From: Brevibacterium luteolum
Lineage (GTDB): Bacteria; Actinomycetota; Actinomycetes; Actinomycetales; Brevibacteriaceae
Length of the DNA: 64,000 nt
NCBI RefSeq assembly: GCF_013004595.1
Contig: NZ_JABEMC010000005.1
Coordinates: 62,001 to 126,000, forward strand
Direction: 5' to 3'
This document shows positions 39,110-49,397 of the stretch, piece after piece (position 1 is the first letter of the stretch; each line of letters opens with the position of its first letter). Position numbers and translations under genes: made by a program. The notes under the pieces were generated by a model. The model had not been told where the DNA came from. It saw only the letters and a list, made by a program, of their open reading frames with translations, and ran no database searches.

Positions 39110-40839
39110 ACGGTCCCCTCATCGTCCAGGCCGATCGCACCGTGCTGCTCGAATCGACCCACCCGGAGGCCGCCGAGGCGGCGATCGCAATCGCCCCGTT
39201 CGCGCAGCTGGCCAAGACGCCCGAGCTCATCCACACGTACACGATCACCCCGCTGGGCCTGTGGAACGCCCGGGCCAGCGGCCACGATCCCGAATCCGTC
39301 ATCGACGCACTGCTCGAATACACCAAGCACCCGGTCCCGCACGCGCTGCTGCTCGACATCGTCGAAACAATGGAGCGCTTCGGGGTCCTCACCCTCGAGC
39401 AGTCCCCCATCCACGGGCTCGTCCTGCACAGCCAGGACGCGGAACTGCTGAGTGAGCTCATCACGCATCCGGAGATCGTCTCACTGGTGGGCACCCGCAT
39501 CGATGAGCACACGGTGCGCGTGCACCCCTCGGAGCGCGGCGAGCTCAAGCACCGGCTGCTGCGGCTTGACCACCCGGTCTCCGACCACGCCGGCTACGTC
39601 GATGGTGAGAAGCATGAGATCGAGCTGTCGGCCACCACCGGGGACACCGGCACCGAGGCGACGGGCACCTCGGGTGCGGAGGGCAGCGGTGCCTCCGGAG
39701 CAGAGGGCAGCGGTGTCGTGGGCAGCCGTCAGCCGTGGCATCTGCGCGAGTACCAGCAGCGGGCCGTCGATGCGTTCACCCACGGTGAGTCCGGGGTCGT
39801 GGTGCTGCCGTGCGGGGCGGGCAAGACGATCGTCGGGGCGGCGACGATGGCCGCCGTCGGCACGACGACGCTCATCCTCGTGACGAATTCGGTGGCGGCC
39901 AAGCAGTGGAAGGCCGAGCTGCTCAGGCGCACCAGCCTGACCGCCGACGAGATCGGCGAGTACTCCGGATCGGTCAAGGAGATCCGCCCGATCACGATCG
40001 CGACCTACCAAGTTCTCACCACCCGCCGGAAGGGCTCCTACCTCCACCTGGAGCTGCTCGATGCTCGCGATTGGGGCCTGGTGATCTACGACGAAGTGCA
40101 TCTGCTGCCGGCCCCGGTGTTCCGGCTCACCGCAGGGCTGCAGGCCCGCCGCAGGCTCGGCCTGACCGCCACGCTCGTGCGCGAGGACGGGCGAGAGGAG
40201 GAGGTGTTCTCGCTCATCGGACCCAAGCAGTTCGAGGCGCCGTGGAAGGAGATCGAAGCCGCCGGTTACATCGCCGAGGCCCACTGCTACGAGGTGCGCG
40301 TGCGCCTAGATACCGGCACCCGGCGCGCCTACGCACACGCAGATGGGGAGGACCGCTACCGGCTGGCGGCGGCTTCAGATGCGAAGATTCCGGTGGTCAG
40401 AAAGATCGCCGCCCACCACGCCGGCCAGCAGGTGCTCGTCATCGGCCAGTACCTCGACCAGCTCGAAGAGCTCGGCGAGGCCCTCGGCGCACCTGTGCTG
40501 ACAGGCAGGACACCGGTGAAGGAGCGCACGGAGCTGTTCTCGCAGTTCCGCGCCGGGGACATCTCGGTGCTCGTCGTCTCGAAGGTCGCGAACTTCTCGG
40601 TCGACCTGCCCGAGGCCTCGGTCGCCATCCAGGTCTCCGGCTCCTTCGGCTCCCGGCAGGAGGAGGCCCAGCGCCTCGGGAGGATCCTCAGGCCCAAGCC
40701 GCATGCTGAAGCTGCGACCTTCTATACGGTCGTGGCGGCCTCGACCGTCGACGAGCACTTCGGCGCACACCGGCGCCGGTTCCTCACCGAGCAGGGATAT
40801 AGTTACACGATCCTCAACGCCGAGCAGCTCGGACGGTGA
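39106..40839 (+). CDS. XPB/Ssl2-family DNA repair helicase
   Basis: GPLIVQADRT, LPCGAGKT, DEVH, GLTAT, QEEAQRLGRILRPK. Confidence 0.96.
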   Translation: MNGPLIVQADRTVLLESTHPEAAEAAIAIAPFAQLAKTPELIHTYTITPLGLWNARASGHDPESVIDALLEYTKHPVPHALLLDIVETMERFGVLTLEQSPIHGLVLHSQDAELLSELITHPEIVSLVGTRIDEHTVRVHPSERGELKHRLLRLDHPVSDHAGYVDGEKHEIELSATTGDTGTEATGTSGAEGSGASGAEGSGVVGSRQPWHLREYQQRAVDAFTHGESGVVVLPCGAGKTIVGAATMAAVGTTTLILVTNSVAAKQWKAELLRRTSLTADEIGEYSGSVKEIRPITIATYQVLTTRRKGSYLHLELLDARDWGLVIYDEVHLLPAPVFRLTAGLQARRRLGLTATLVREDGREEEVFSLIGPKQFEAPWKEIEAAGYIAEAHCYEVRVRLDTGTRRAYAHADGEDRYRLAAASDAKIPVVRKIAAHHAGQQVLVIGQYLDQLEELGEALGAPVLTGRTPVKERTELFSQFRAGDISVLVVSKVANFSVDLPEASVAIQVSGSFGSRQEEAQRLGRILRPKPHAEAATFYTVVAASTVDEHFGAHRRRFLTEQGYSYTILNAEQLGR

Positions 40840-40913
40840 GGATGGCCGGTGAGCCGGGGACGTCGGCTGGCATGTATCGTAAGCGAAAGACCACCGAAGA
40901 CGATGGAGTCGTG

Positions 40914-41348
40914 ATGCGATAGAACCGCTCACCCTGGACTGACGTCTGGGGAAATCCCCACCTGCTTCCCATCGCCCTGGCGACTGTTGCCAGCGGCCTG
41001 GGCTTCTACGTCCCGGTCAGTGCGCTGTTCCTTTTGAGCCGGGGCCAGTCTCTCTCAGACGTCTTCATCTTCGAGACGATCCTCGGTGCCAGCATCCTCG
41101 TCGCGGAGGTGCCCAGCGGCATCACAGCACGGCGGGCGACCGTGCTCAACATCGCCAGCTCGTTCGGCAGCCTCGTCGGGATCGCCGTCAACCCGATCAT
41201 CGGCGCAGCAGCCGACGTCAGCGCGCCGCTGGCGTCTGCAGGGATCGTAGCGGTTCTGCTCGGCGTTGCCGTGTCCTGGATCCCGGTGGTCAACCGGTAT
41301 CTCGATGACCGGAGGCCACCTGCCGAACGCGACGACGATGCCGACTGA
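40914..41348 (+). pseudogene. MFS transporter remnant (nonsense codon plus large in-frame deletion)
   Basis: ATG CGA TAG, then in frame FYVPVSALFLLSRG.SL...AEVPSG joined directly to the C-terminal RATVLNIASS.GSL. Confidence 0.75.
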
Positions 41349-41360
41349 ACCGGCCGGAGG

Positions 41361-42401
41361 TCAGGCGCCAACTGCCTCGGCGGCGGCACTGCGGGTGCGC
41401 ACCGCCTCGGGTACCGCGACATGCTCGATGACCGGCAGCGAGGCGACCGGCACATCGGAGACGACGACCTCGCGGGCGGCAGTGCGGCTCTCGCCGATCT
41501 TGATGAACACGACGCCGGCGAGCAGGAGCAGACCGCCGACGGCCTGCGCGTAGACCGGAAGCTCAGCGAGAACGGCCCAGGCGATGACGACGGAGAACGG
41601 CACCTCGATGAGGTTGACGAAGCTGGCGACCGTCGCGCCGATCATGCGGATGCCGAAGGCGGCGGTGACGTAGGCGCCGGCGGTGACGAGCACGATGAGG
41701 GCGATCGCCTGCCACCAGGTGACCGGCACTGAGCCCAGCGACATGGGCGCGGTGGTCAGCTGCTGGGCACGCGGACCGGCGAAGGCGTAGACGCCCACGG
41801 CGGCAGCGCCGACGAACATTCCGAATCCCACGAGTGCGATCGGCGGAACCGGCATCTCAGCCTTGGCCGAGTCGAGGAAGTAGCAGGCCAGGCAGACCGC
41901 TGCGCCGAGGGCCAGCAGCACCGAGCCGAGGTGGAGCTGTGCGCCGCGCGGGTCGAGGATGAAGGCCAGGCCGAACATCGCCAGGCCCATGCCGACGAAG
42001 GTGAGCGAGCTGGGGCGGATGCGGCTGCGCAACCACACCCAGACGACGATCATGAGCGGGGCCGTCATCTCCAGCAGCAGTGCGATGGCGACATCGAGGT
42101 GCTCGACCGACATGAAGAACAGCAGCTGCACTCCGGCGACGGACACGATGCCGAAGGTGATGACATCACGCCAGGTCTGCCAGCGGGCGAACGCGTGCCA
42201 GCGGCCGTGCATGGCGATGAGCGTGGGGATGAGGAGGACGAGGCCGGTGCCGAGGACGCGGAGGAACACGACGACCTCCGGGGTCCAGCCGCCGGCGTAC
42301 ATGACCTTGCCGATCGGTGCGGCTGCGGCATAGCAGAAGGCGGACAGCAGGATGAGCAGAAGGCCTGAGACAGCCTGACGGTTCACGGTTTCCCTCCCCA
42401 C
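41361..42401 (-). CDS. EamA/DMT-family transporter
   Basis: About 10 TM segments, VFLR, VAIALLLEMTAP, ASFVNLIEVPF..VIAW..LAE. Confidence 0.9.
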   Translation of the reverse strand: MGRETVNRQAVSGLLLILLSAFCYAAAAPIGKVMYAGGWTPEVVVFLRVLGTGLVLLIPTLIAMHGRWHAFARWQTWRDVITFGIVSVAGVQLLFFMSVEHLDVAIALLLEMTAPLMIVVWVWLRSRIRPSSLTFVGMGLAMFGLAFILDPRGAQLHLGSVLLALGAAVCLACYFLDSAKAEMPVPPIALVGFGMFVGAAAVGVYAFAGPRAQQLTTAPMSLGSVPVTWWQAIALIVLVTAGAYVTAAFGIRMIGATVASFVNLIEVPFSVVIAWAVLAELPVYAQAVGGLLLLAGVVFIKIGESRTAAREVVVSDVPVASLPVIEHVAVPEAVRTRSAAAEAVGA

Positions 42402-42418
42402 GACGAACGGAGTGGCGT

Positions 42419-42448
42419 GTCATGAGTGTTACCATTTTGACTCATGAC
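42419..42448. promoter_or_regulatory. Inverted repeat, candidate operator between eamA and the CGNR regulator
   Basis: GTCATGAGT-N12-ACTCATGAC. Confidence 0.5.
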
Positions 42449-42569
42449 GCACTGACACTCATTCTAGTGAACAGCAGGCAGAGCTCACGAGTCAACGCGA
42501 CGATGGTCATGACGAGACAGATTTCGCGTGAGCTTGACCACAGGCTGTATTCGCTACACTGTGGCCAGC

Positions 42570-43121
42570 ATGTCTCTCACCGATGAAAACCGCTCCGTCC
42601 TGGTCATGCTCGTCGACCTCATCAACTCCGGGCGCAACGACCAGGAGCTGCTGGCCGATGCCGGAGCCATCGAGGAGTTCGCGCGTCGGCACGACTTCTC
42701 GGCCCCGATCGCGGCGACGAGCTCCGACGTCGACCTGACCCACGCGGTGCGGGAGGACTTCGAGACCGTCTTCGACTCCGATGCGATCGAGGATGTGGTC
42801 GCGGCGGTGAACTCGACACTGCTGCGCTGCAACGCACTCCCCCAGCTCGTGCGCCATGACGGCTGGGACTGGCACCTGCACGGCACCGCCCAGACCGCGC
42901 CGCTGCCGGACCGCTTCGCCATCGACATCGCGTTTGCGCTCATCGACCTCATCCGCGAGCACGAGCTCTCCCGCCTGCAGGTATGCGCGGCCGAGGACTG
43001 CAACGCCGTGTTCGTCGACTTCTCACGCAACCGATCGAAGCGCTTCTGCGACACGGGCAACTGCGCCAACCGCACCCACGTGGCCGCTTACCGCAAGCGA
43101 CAGGAGGAGCAACCGGCCTGA
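42570..43121 (+). CDS. ABATE / CGNR zinc-finger protein
   Basis: HDGWDWHLH, RLQVCAAEDC..VFVDFSRNRSKRFC....CANR..VAAYRKR. Confidence 0.92.
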   Translation: MSLTDENRSVLVMLVDLINSGRNDQELLADAGAIEEFARRHDFSAPIAATSSDVDLTHAVREDFETVFDSDAIEDVVAAVNSTLLRCNALPQLVRHDGWDWHLHGTAQTAPLPDRFAIDIAFALIDLIREHELSRLQVCAAEDCNAVFVDFSRNRSKRFCDTGNCANRTHVAAYRKRQEEQPA

Positions 43122-43197
43122 GCTGTGCGCCGACAGCGCGAAAAGCAGGGCACGTTCCTCCCTCAGGCAGCTCGGCTTTGGTCGTAGGCTAATGAAT

Positions 43198-44856
43198 ATG
43201 ATCGCGATCGGTATCTTCATCGGCATACTCTTCGTCATGGCGGTCGGTGCGGCAATGGCGCTGGCACTGAGCGCGTGGTGGTGGATCCTCGTCTTAGCCG
43301 CAGCCATCCTGCTGCTCGTGGCCGTCTACGACGTGGTGCAGCACCGATACGCGGTGCTGCGCAACTTCCCGGTCATCGGCCACGGCCGGTACATGATGGA
43401 GACCATCCGCCCGATGGTCCAGCAGTACTTCGTCGAGCGCAACTATGACGGCAAGCCGTTCGACCGCGATGTCCGCGACCTCATCTATGAGCGTGCCAAC
43501 GGCACGCATTCGGTCAAGTCCTTCGGCACCGAGCTCGAGGTGCGTGCACCGGGCTACGAGTATCTCATCCATGCTGCACAGCCCGGCCCGATCCCGGAGG
43601 GCGAGCACCGGGTGCGCATTGGTGGACCGCAGTGCAGCCAGCCGTACGACTCCTCACTGTTCAACATCTCTTCGATGAGCTTCGGCTCCCTGTCGAAGAA
43701 CGCCGTGATGGCGATGAGTCAGGGAGCAGCCCGCGGCGGGTTCGCCCAGGAGACCGGAGAGGGCGGGCTGACGAAGTACCACCTCGAAAGCGGCGCCGAT
43801 CTGATCTGGGAATTCGGGTCCGGCTACTTCGGCTGCCGTGATTCCGAGGGCAACTTCAATCCCGAACAGTTCGAGGAGAAAGCCCGCCACCCGCATGTCA
43901 AGGCGATCTCGATCAAGCTCTCCCAAGGCGCGAAACCCGGTCTGGGCGGCGTGCTGCCGGCGAAGAAGATCACCCCGGAGATCGCTGAGGCCCGCGGCGT
44001 CCCGCTCGATGAGGACTGCATCTCCCCGCCTGCCCATTCGGCATTCCAGACCCCTCGCGAGCTCATGGAATTCATTTCCCAGCTGCGCGAACTCTCCGGG
44101 GGCAAACCGATCGGTTTCAAACTGTGCGTCGGTATGCGCCGTGACGTGCTCGGCATGTGCAAGGCGATGCTCGAGACCGGCATCCTGCCCGATTTCATCG
44201 TCATCGACGGCGCCGAGGGCGGCACCGGCGCCGCGCCCTTGGAATACGAAGACCACATGGGCACCCCGCTGACCGAGGGCCTGCATGTCGTGCACAACGC
44301 CCTCGTGGGCGTCGGACTGCGCAAGCACATCAAGCTCGGAGTCGCCGGCAAGATCGCCTCGGGCAACGACATCGTCCGCCGGCTCATCCAGGGCGCGGAC
44401 TTCTGCCTGGCCGCCCGGCCGATGATGATGGCCGTCGGCTGCATCCAAGCACAGCGCTGCCACACCAACCACTGCCCCACCGGTGTGGCCACGCAGGACC
44501 CCAAGCTCGCCCGCTCGCTGCATGTGCCCTCGAAGTCGGTGGCGGTGCACAACTACCACAAGGCCACCGTCGATGAGGCCAAGCAGATGCTCTCGACTCT
44601 CGGCGTCGCCCGACCGGACCAGCTCTCGCCGAAGATGCTGCGCAAGCGCGTCTCCCAGACCGAGGTGATGTCCTACGCGCACGTCTTCAACTGGATGGAG
44701 GAAGGCGAGCTGCTCAAAGCTCCGCCGCGCGGGTGGCTGGAGGACTGGAACGAGGCCACTGCTGACTTCTTCGGACCCAGCTGGGTCCATCAGGAGGAAG
44801 GCGAGGGCGAGACCGTCCACCCCGATGTCGACACCGATGACAAACCGGTCGGTTGA
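43198..44856 (+). CDS. FMN-binding glutamate synthase family protein (YerD-like)
   Basis: NFPVIGHGRY, MSFGSLS, TGEGG, IKLSQGAKPG.GG, DGAEGGTGAAP, GCIQAQRCHTNHCPTGV; alternative start 43192. Confidence 0.92.
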   Translation: MIAIGIFIGILFVMAVGAAMALALSAWWWILVLAAAILLLVAVYDVVQHRYAVLRNFPVIGHGRYMMETIRPMVQQYFVERNYDGKPFDRDVRDLIYERANGTHSVKSFGTELEVRAPGYEYLIHAAQPGPIPEGEHRVRIGGPQCSQPYDSSLFNISSMSFGSLSKNAVMAMSQGAARGGFAQETGEGGLTKYHLESGADLIWEFGSGYFGCRDSEGNFNPEQFEEKARHPHVKAISIKLSQGAKPGLGGVLPAKKITPEIAEARGVPLDEDCISPPAHSAFQTPRELMEFISQLRELSGGKPIGFKLCVGMRRDVLGMCKAMLETGILPDFIVIDGAEGGTGAAPLEYEDHMGTPLTEGLHVVHNALVGVGLRKHIKLGVAGKIASGNDIVRRLIQGADFCLAARPMMMAVGCIQAQRCHTNHCPTGVATQDPKLARSLHVPSKSVAVHNYHKATVDEAKQMLSTLGVARPDQLSPKMLRKRVSQTEVMSYAHVFNWMEEGELLKAPPRGWLEDWNEATADFFGPSWVHQEEGEGETVHPDVDTDDKPVG

Positions 44857-44880
44857 CATGTGATGCACAACACATTTGCA

Positions 44881-44923
44881 TCCAGCTAGAGTCCAGAAAA
44901 CTTCCAGACTCATGTGCCAGGAT
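44881..44923 (+). promoter_or_regulatory. Three 11-bp-spaced TCCAG direct repeats plus -10 box (putative autoregulatory site)
   Basis: TCCAG at 44881, 44892 and 44903; CAGGAT at 44918; ATG 6 nt later. Confidence 0.6.
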
Positions 44924-44929
44924 GGGGCC

Positions 44930-45691
44930 ATGACTTCAGGACATCTCGAACACGAAGACATTGAGGCCACCCTGTTGGTCGTCGATGATGAGCCCAATAT
45001 CCGCGAACTCCTCTCCACCAGCCTGCGCTTCGCCGGCTTCGACGTCATCTCCGCTGGCAACGGCGCTGAGGCCCTGCGCCTGGCCGAGCAGAGCGAACCC
45101 GACCTGCTCGTCCTCGACGTCATGCTCCCGGACATGGACGGCTTCACCGTCACCCGCCGGCTGCGCCAGACCGGCCGGCACATCCCGGTCGTCTTCCTCA
45201 CCGCCCGTGACGACACCTCCGACAAGATCACCGGCCTGACCGTCGGTGGCGATGACTACGTCACCAAGCCCTTCAGCCTCGAAGAAGTCGTCGCCCGCAT
45301 CCGCGCGGTGCTGCGCCGCACCCACAGCCTCGAAGAGGACGAGGGTGCAGTCGTGCAGGTCGGCGACCTCGAACTCGACGACGACACCCATGAAGTGCGC
45401 CGCGGCGGGATCCTCGTCGACCTCTCGCCCACCGAGTTCAAACTGTTGCGCTACCTCATGCTCAACGCCAACCGCGTGCTGTCGAAGTCGCAGATCCTCG
45501 ACCACGTGTGGGAGTACGACTTCGGCGGCGACACCGGCATCGTCGAGTCCTACATCTCCTACCTGCGCCGCAAGATCGACACCGCCCCGGAAACCGATGA
45601 AGCCGGCAACCCGGTGCAGGCCGAATGGCGCCCGATGATCCAGACGAAGCGCGGCGTGGGCTACATGCTGCGCACACCCGAGACCAAGTGA
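44930..45691 (+). CDS. OmpR/PhoP-family response regulator
   Basis: VVDDEPNI, LDVMLPDMDG, FLTARD, DDYVTKPF, VESYISYLRRKID, TKRGVGY. Confidence 0.96.
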   Translation: MTSGHLEHEDIEATLLVVDDEPNIRELLSTSLRFAGFDVISAGNGAEALRLAEQSEPDLLVLDVMLPDMDGFTVTRRLRQTGRHIPVVFLTARDDTSDKITGLTVGGDDYVTKPFSLEEVVARIRAVLRRTHSLEEDEGAVVQVGDLELDDDTHEVRRGGILVDLSPTEFKLLRYLMLNANRVLSKSQILDHVWEYDFGGDTGIVESYISYLRRKIDTAPETDEAGNPVQAEWRPMIQTKRGVGYMLRTPETK

Positions 45692-45736
45692 GTATCTGAC
45701 ACCTGACCCCCTATCGAGCTGAGAATCGTCACGCCT

Positions 45737-47533
45737 GTGAATCGTCACCGCAAGAGCAAGCAGACCGTCATCTGGGAAGAATGGTCGCTGACCACCAAGC
45801 TGCTGACGATCATGATGACGCTCATGCTGCTCGTGCTCACCGGCACGAGCGCATGGGTGCTCGAGAACCTCCGCGCCAGCCTCATCGAGCGCACCGATGA
45901 GCGGCTCATCAGCGCCTCGGATGCCCTGGCGATTCAGGCCGCTGAGCAGGTGTTCCTGCCCGCACCCCTGCAGGGCGGGGATCAGGTGCAGTCGAATCCG
46001 CAGGAGGAGTCGCTGCGCAATCTGCTGCCCGGCTCCTATTACGTGCAGTTCTACTCGAACGACGGCAATACCGCCTTCGAGCCGGTCGCTCCGGACCCGA
46101 CGAATGTGCCGTACCTGCCCGATATCAATCAGTCACTCGTCAGCGAGCGCGCCGGCCACCCCTTCACCGTCGAGGGCACCTCCTCGCATTGGCGGGCGCT
46201 CGCGCTCCAAGTCGAAGGAACCCCGTGGCTCGTCGCCGTCGCCGTGCCCTTTGACAAGGACGTCGACGGCATCAGCGAACGAGCCCGCAACACCATGGTC
46301 GGCATCGGCCTGCTCGCCCTGGCACTGGTGGCAGGCGTCGGCTACTTCGCGATCACCAACACCTTCCGGCCGCTGAAGAACATCGAGGAGACCGCCTCGC
46401 GAATCGCCGCCGGCGACCTCTCTCAGCGTGTGTCGAAGTATCCCCGCAACACTGAGCTCGGCCGACTCTCAGCAGCGCTCAACACCATGCTCGGCCGCAT
46501 CGAGGACTCCTTCGACGGCCAGACGCGTTCAGAGAAGCGCATCCGCCAGTTCGTGTCGGATGCCTCCCATGAGCTGCGCACCCCGCTTGTGACGATCCGC
46601 GGTTATGCCGAGCTCTACCGGCAGGGCGCACTCAAGGACCCTGAGCACATCGGCCAGGCGATGGACCGCATCGAAGCCGAAGCCAAGCGGATGGGCGTGC
46701 TCGTCGAAGACCTCGTCGTCCTCGCCCGCCTCGATGAGCGCCGTGAGGCAGAGCTCGGCCCGGTCAACATCTGCGCGATCGTCCGCGACGCCGCCGCCGA
46801 CGCCGCCGCCCAGGACCCGGATCGCGACATCAGCTTCATCGGCCTCGACGGCGGCGACGCTGATGAGAACATCCCGGTCATCTACGGCTCAGAGGCCAAG
46901 CTGCGCCAGGTCATCGTCAACCTCGCCGGCAATGCCGTGCGCCACACCCCACCGCAGACGGCGATCGAGTTCGCCGTCGGCGTCGTCGGCGTGCCGGCCG
47001 AGCCTCCCGCTCCCGAGGCGGTGGATCCGAAGCCCAAGGCGCCTGGTTTCGTCACCGGCCCGGTGCGGATCTTCAAACGCGACAAGACCGACAGGACCGA
47101 CCCCAAGACCAGACCGGCCACCGGCAGCGCCGCTGCCTCCGAGACCGGAACCGCCGCCTCGGGCACGGCGCAGACAATCGTCCCCGACGTCTCCGCAGCC
47201 GGGGGTGTGAGCGTGAGCGAGAAGCTCGCCGGGTTCCCCGCCGGCCGGGTGCGCTTCGAGGTCCGCGACCACGGCGACGGCATCGACGCGGAGGACGTCC
47301 CGCGCATCTTCGAGCGGTTCTACCGCCTCGATGCCTCTCGCAACCGTGACACCGGAGGTTCCGGCCTGGGCTTGTCGATCGTCAAGGCGATCGTCGAATC
47401 CCACCAAGGCCGGATCACCGTCCACCCCACTCCCGGCGGCGGCGCGACCTTCCGCGTCGACCTGCCGATCCCACTCGAGACCCCCGCTGCGTCAGAAGCG
47501 CAAGGAAAGGACACTGATGAGTCACACGCCTGA
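45737..47533 (+). CDS. HAMP-domain sensor histidine kinase (PhoR/MprB-like)
   Basis: Two TM segments, HAMP, DASHELRTPL, NLAGNA, DHGDG, FERFYR, GSGLGL. Confidence 0.95.
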   Translation: MNRHRKSKQTVIWEEWSLTTKLLTIMMTLMLLVLTGTSAWVLENLRASLIERTDERLISASDALAIQAAEQVFLPAPLQGGDQVQSNPQEESLRNLLPGSYYVQFYSNDGNTAFEPVAPDPTNVPYLPDINQSLVSERAGHPFTVEGTSSHWRALALQVEGTPWLVAVAVPFDKDVDGISERARNTMVGIGLLALALVAGVGYFAITNTFRPLKNIEETASRIAAGDLSQRVSKYPRNTELGRLSAALNTMLGRIEDSFDGQTRSEKRIRQFVSDASHELRTPLVTIRGYAELYRQGALKDPEHIGQAMDRIEAEAKRMGVLVEDLVVLARLDERREAELGPVNICAIVRDAAADAAAQDPDRDISFIGLDGGDADENIPVIYGSEAKLRQVIVNLAGNAVRHTPPQTAIEFAVGVVGVPAEPPAPEAVDPKPKAPGFVTGPVRIFKRDKTDRTDPKTRPATGSAAASETGTAASGTAQTIVPDVSAAGGVSVSEKLAGFPAGRVRFEVRDHGDGIDAEDVPRIFERFYRLDASRNRDTGGSGLGLSIVKAIVESHQGRITVHPTPGGGATFRVDLPIPLETPAASEAQGKDTDESHA

Positions 47534-49244
47534 GCACCCTGCTGACGGCTATGAGCGCCCCACCGGGCCGGCACAGCCTGGCCGCCACTCCCAGCAGACC
47601 CGGCGCACCTTCCCCACCAGCGACGACCCTCTGCGTCCCGCCTCACCAACGGCCTCCTACGGCTCCCAGCCCAGCCAGCTGCCCGGTTCCGGATACGGTT
47701 CTGGTCCTGTCTCCGGTCAGGGTTCCGGCGCGGGCACCCCGGCCGGTCGGCCCTTCCCGCCCGCAGCCGAGCCGCGGCCCAGCCAGCCCCCGCGCACGTT
47801 CCCGCAGGCCCCGGCGAGAGCACCGCAGGCACACCAGCCTGGCACTCGTCCCGGTACTCATCCCAGCGGGCCGGTCGGTTCGGGGCCCGGCAGTGACGGA
47901 CCCGGCCACGGTGCTGGAACCGGAGCAGCGGCTGAAGCCGGAACCGGGTTCGGCGCTGGGACCGGCCTCGGTGGTGGGCTGGGTGCGAACGCAGCCAGCG
48001 GACCGACAGCGACTGGCAGTGCAACCGGCACCGGCTCGCCGAGCTATGGCTTCGGCGGCGGACAGACACCGCCTCCTGGCGGGCCCATCGACGGGGGCCC
48101 GCATTCCGCCCCGGCACGCCGTGAGCGACGCGGTCCCGGCTGGGGTGCGCTGACCCTGTTCACGCTGCTGGCCGTACTGCTCGGTGGCGCGCTGGGTGCC
48201 GGCACCATGTACGGCATGCAGGCTTTCGGCGGGCAGGAGCAAGAATCCCAGACCGATCCGCAGAACACCCCGCAGCGCACGCAGGAGGCCCCGGACTGGG
48301 CAGCGATCGCCGACACCGCCTCGAAGTCGGTCGCTGCGATCCGGGTCGGCGTCAACGGTGAGGTGCACGGACTGGGCTCGGGCTTCGTGTACGACGGTGC
48401 TGGCCACATCGTGACGAACAACCACGTCATCGCCGCAGCCGATACCCCCGGCGGCCAGGTCAACGTCGTCTTCAACAACGGCGACACGGTCGAGGCCGAT
48501 ATCGCCGGACGCGACCCCGAGACCGACATCGCCGTCCTCAAGTTGCGCCAGAGACCCGAGGGCCTGACTCCGCTGCCGCTCGGTGATGACAGCCAGCTGC
48601 GCGTCGGTGACCCGGTCATGGCGCTGGGCAACCCGCTCGGCCTGGCCGACACCGTCACCACCGGCATCGTCTCCGCGCTCAACCGGCCTGTGACCACCGA
48701 GAACATCGGTGAGGACGCCGAGGACCCGCAGGGGGCGCTGACAATCACCAACGCCATCCAGACCGATGCAGCGATCAACCCGGGCAACTCTGGTGGCCCG
48801 CTCGTCGACGGCAACGGCAAGCTCATCGGCGTCAACTCCTCGGCAGCAACGCTGCGCGATGCCCAGCAGAGCGGCCAGGCCGGTTCGATCGGCATCGGAT
48901 TCGCCATCCCGGTCGCTCAGGCCAAGAACATCGCCGACCAGCTCATCCAGAACGGCCAGGCCGAGCACGCCGCACTCGGCGTGGCGGTGCAGGACTCCCA
49001 GGTCGATCACAACGGCATCGCCCGCGGTGCTGCGAAGGTCACCGAGGTGCAGGGCGGCTCGGCTGCCGAGCAGGCCGGGATCCAGGCCGATGACGAGATC
49101 ACCGCTGTCAACGGCACCCAGGTGAACAACGCAGTCGCACTGCAGGCGCTCATCCGCTCCCATGCGGTCGGCCAGACAGTCAAGATCACCCTGGTGCGCG
49201 GTGGCCAGGAGCAGGAGATCGACACGACGCTGCTGGCGAAGTGA
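47517..49244 (+). CDS. htrA: HtrA/DegP membrane serine protease with PDZ domain
   Basis: Pro/Gly-rich N-terminus, TM, TNNHV, DIAVL, QTDAAINPGNSGG, PDZ. Confidence 0.93.
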   Translation: MSHTPEHPADGYERPTGPAQPGRHSQQTRRTFPTSDDPLRPASPTASYGSQPSQLPGSGYGSGPVSGQGSGAGTPAGRPFPPAAEPRPSQPPRTFPQAPARAPQAHQPGTRPGTHPSGPVGSGPGSDGPGHGAGTGAAAEAGTGFGAGTGLGGGLGANAASGPTATGSATGTGSPSYGFGGGQTPPPGGPIDGGPHSAPARRERRGPGWGALTLFTLLAVLLGGALGAGTMYGMQAFGGQEQESQTDPQNTPQRTQEAPDWAAIADTASKSVAAIRVGVNGEVHGLGSGFVYDGAGHIVTNNHVIAAADTPGGQVNVVFNNGDTVEADIAGRDPETDIAVLKLRQRPEGLTPLPLGDDSQLRVGDPVMALGNPLGLADTVTTGIVSALNRPVTTENIGEDAEDPQGALTITNAIQTDAAINPGNSGGPLVDGNGKLIGVNSSAATLRDAQQSGQAGSIGIGFAIPVAQAKNIADQLIQNGQAEHAALGVAVQDSQVDHNGIARGAAKVTEVQGGSAAEQAGIQADDEITAVNGTQVNNAVALQALIRSHAVGQTVKITLVRGGQEQEIDTTLLAK

Positions 49245-49397
49245 CCGGCAGCCTGCCGTGAACAGCAGCTGACACGATCGCGCGGCCGGGTGTGGACACG
49301 AGACGCTGTCCACACCCGGCCGTTGTCGTGTGGTGACCCGTGGTGCTCTCCCGTGGAATGGAGGACAGCAATTCTCACCACAGGAAAGGAGCCGGGG

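Noticed and set aside
36884..40839. XPB plus partner as a novel system
   Set aside because: A well-known conserved actinobacterial pair; the Gly/Ser insert near 39640-39725 is just a short tandem duplication
40920..40922. In-frame TAG as programmed readthrough or pyrrolysine
   Set aside because: No pyl genes seen, and the ORF also lacks most of the MFS body, so it is better explained as a pseudogene
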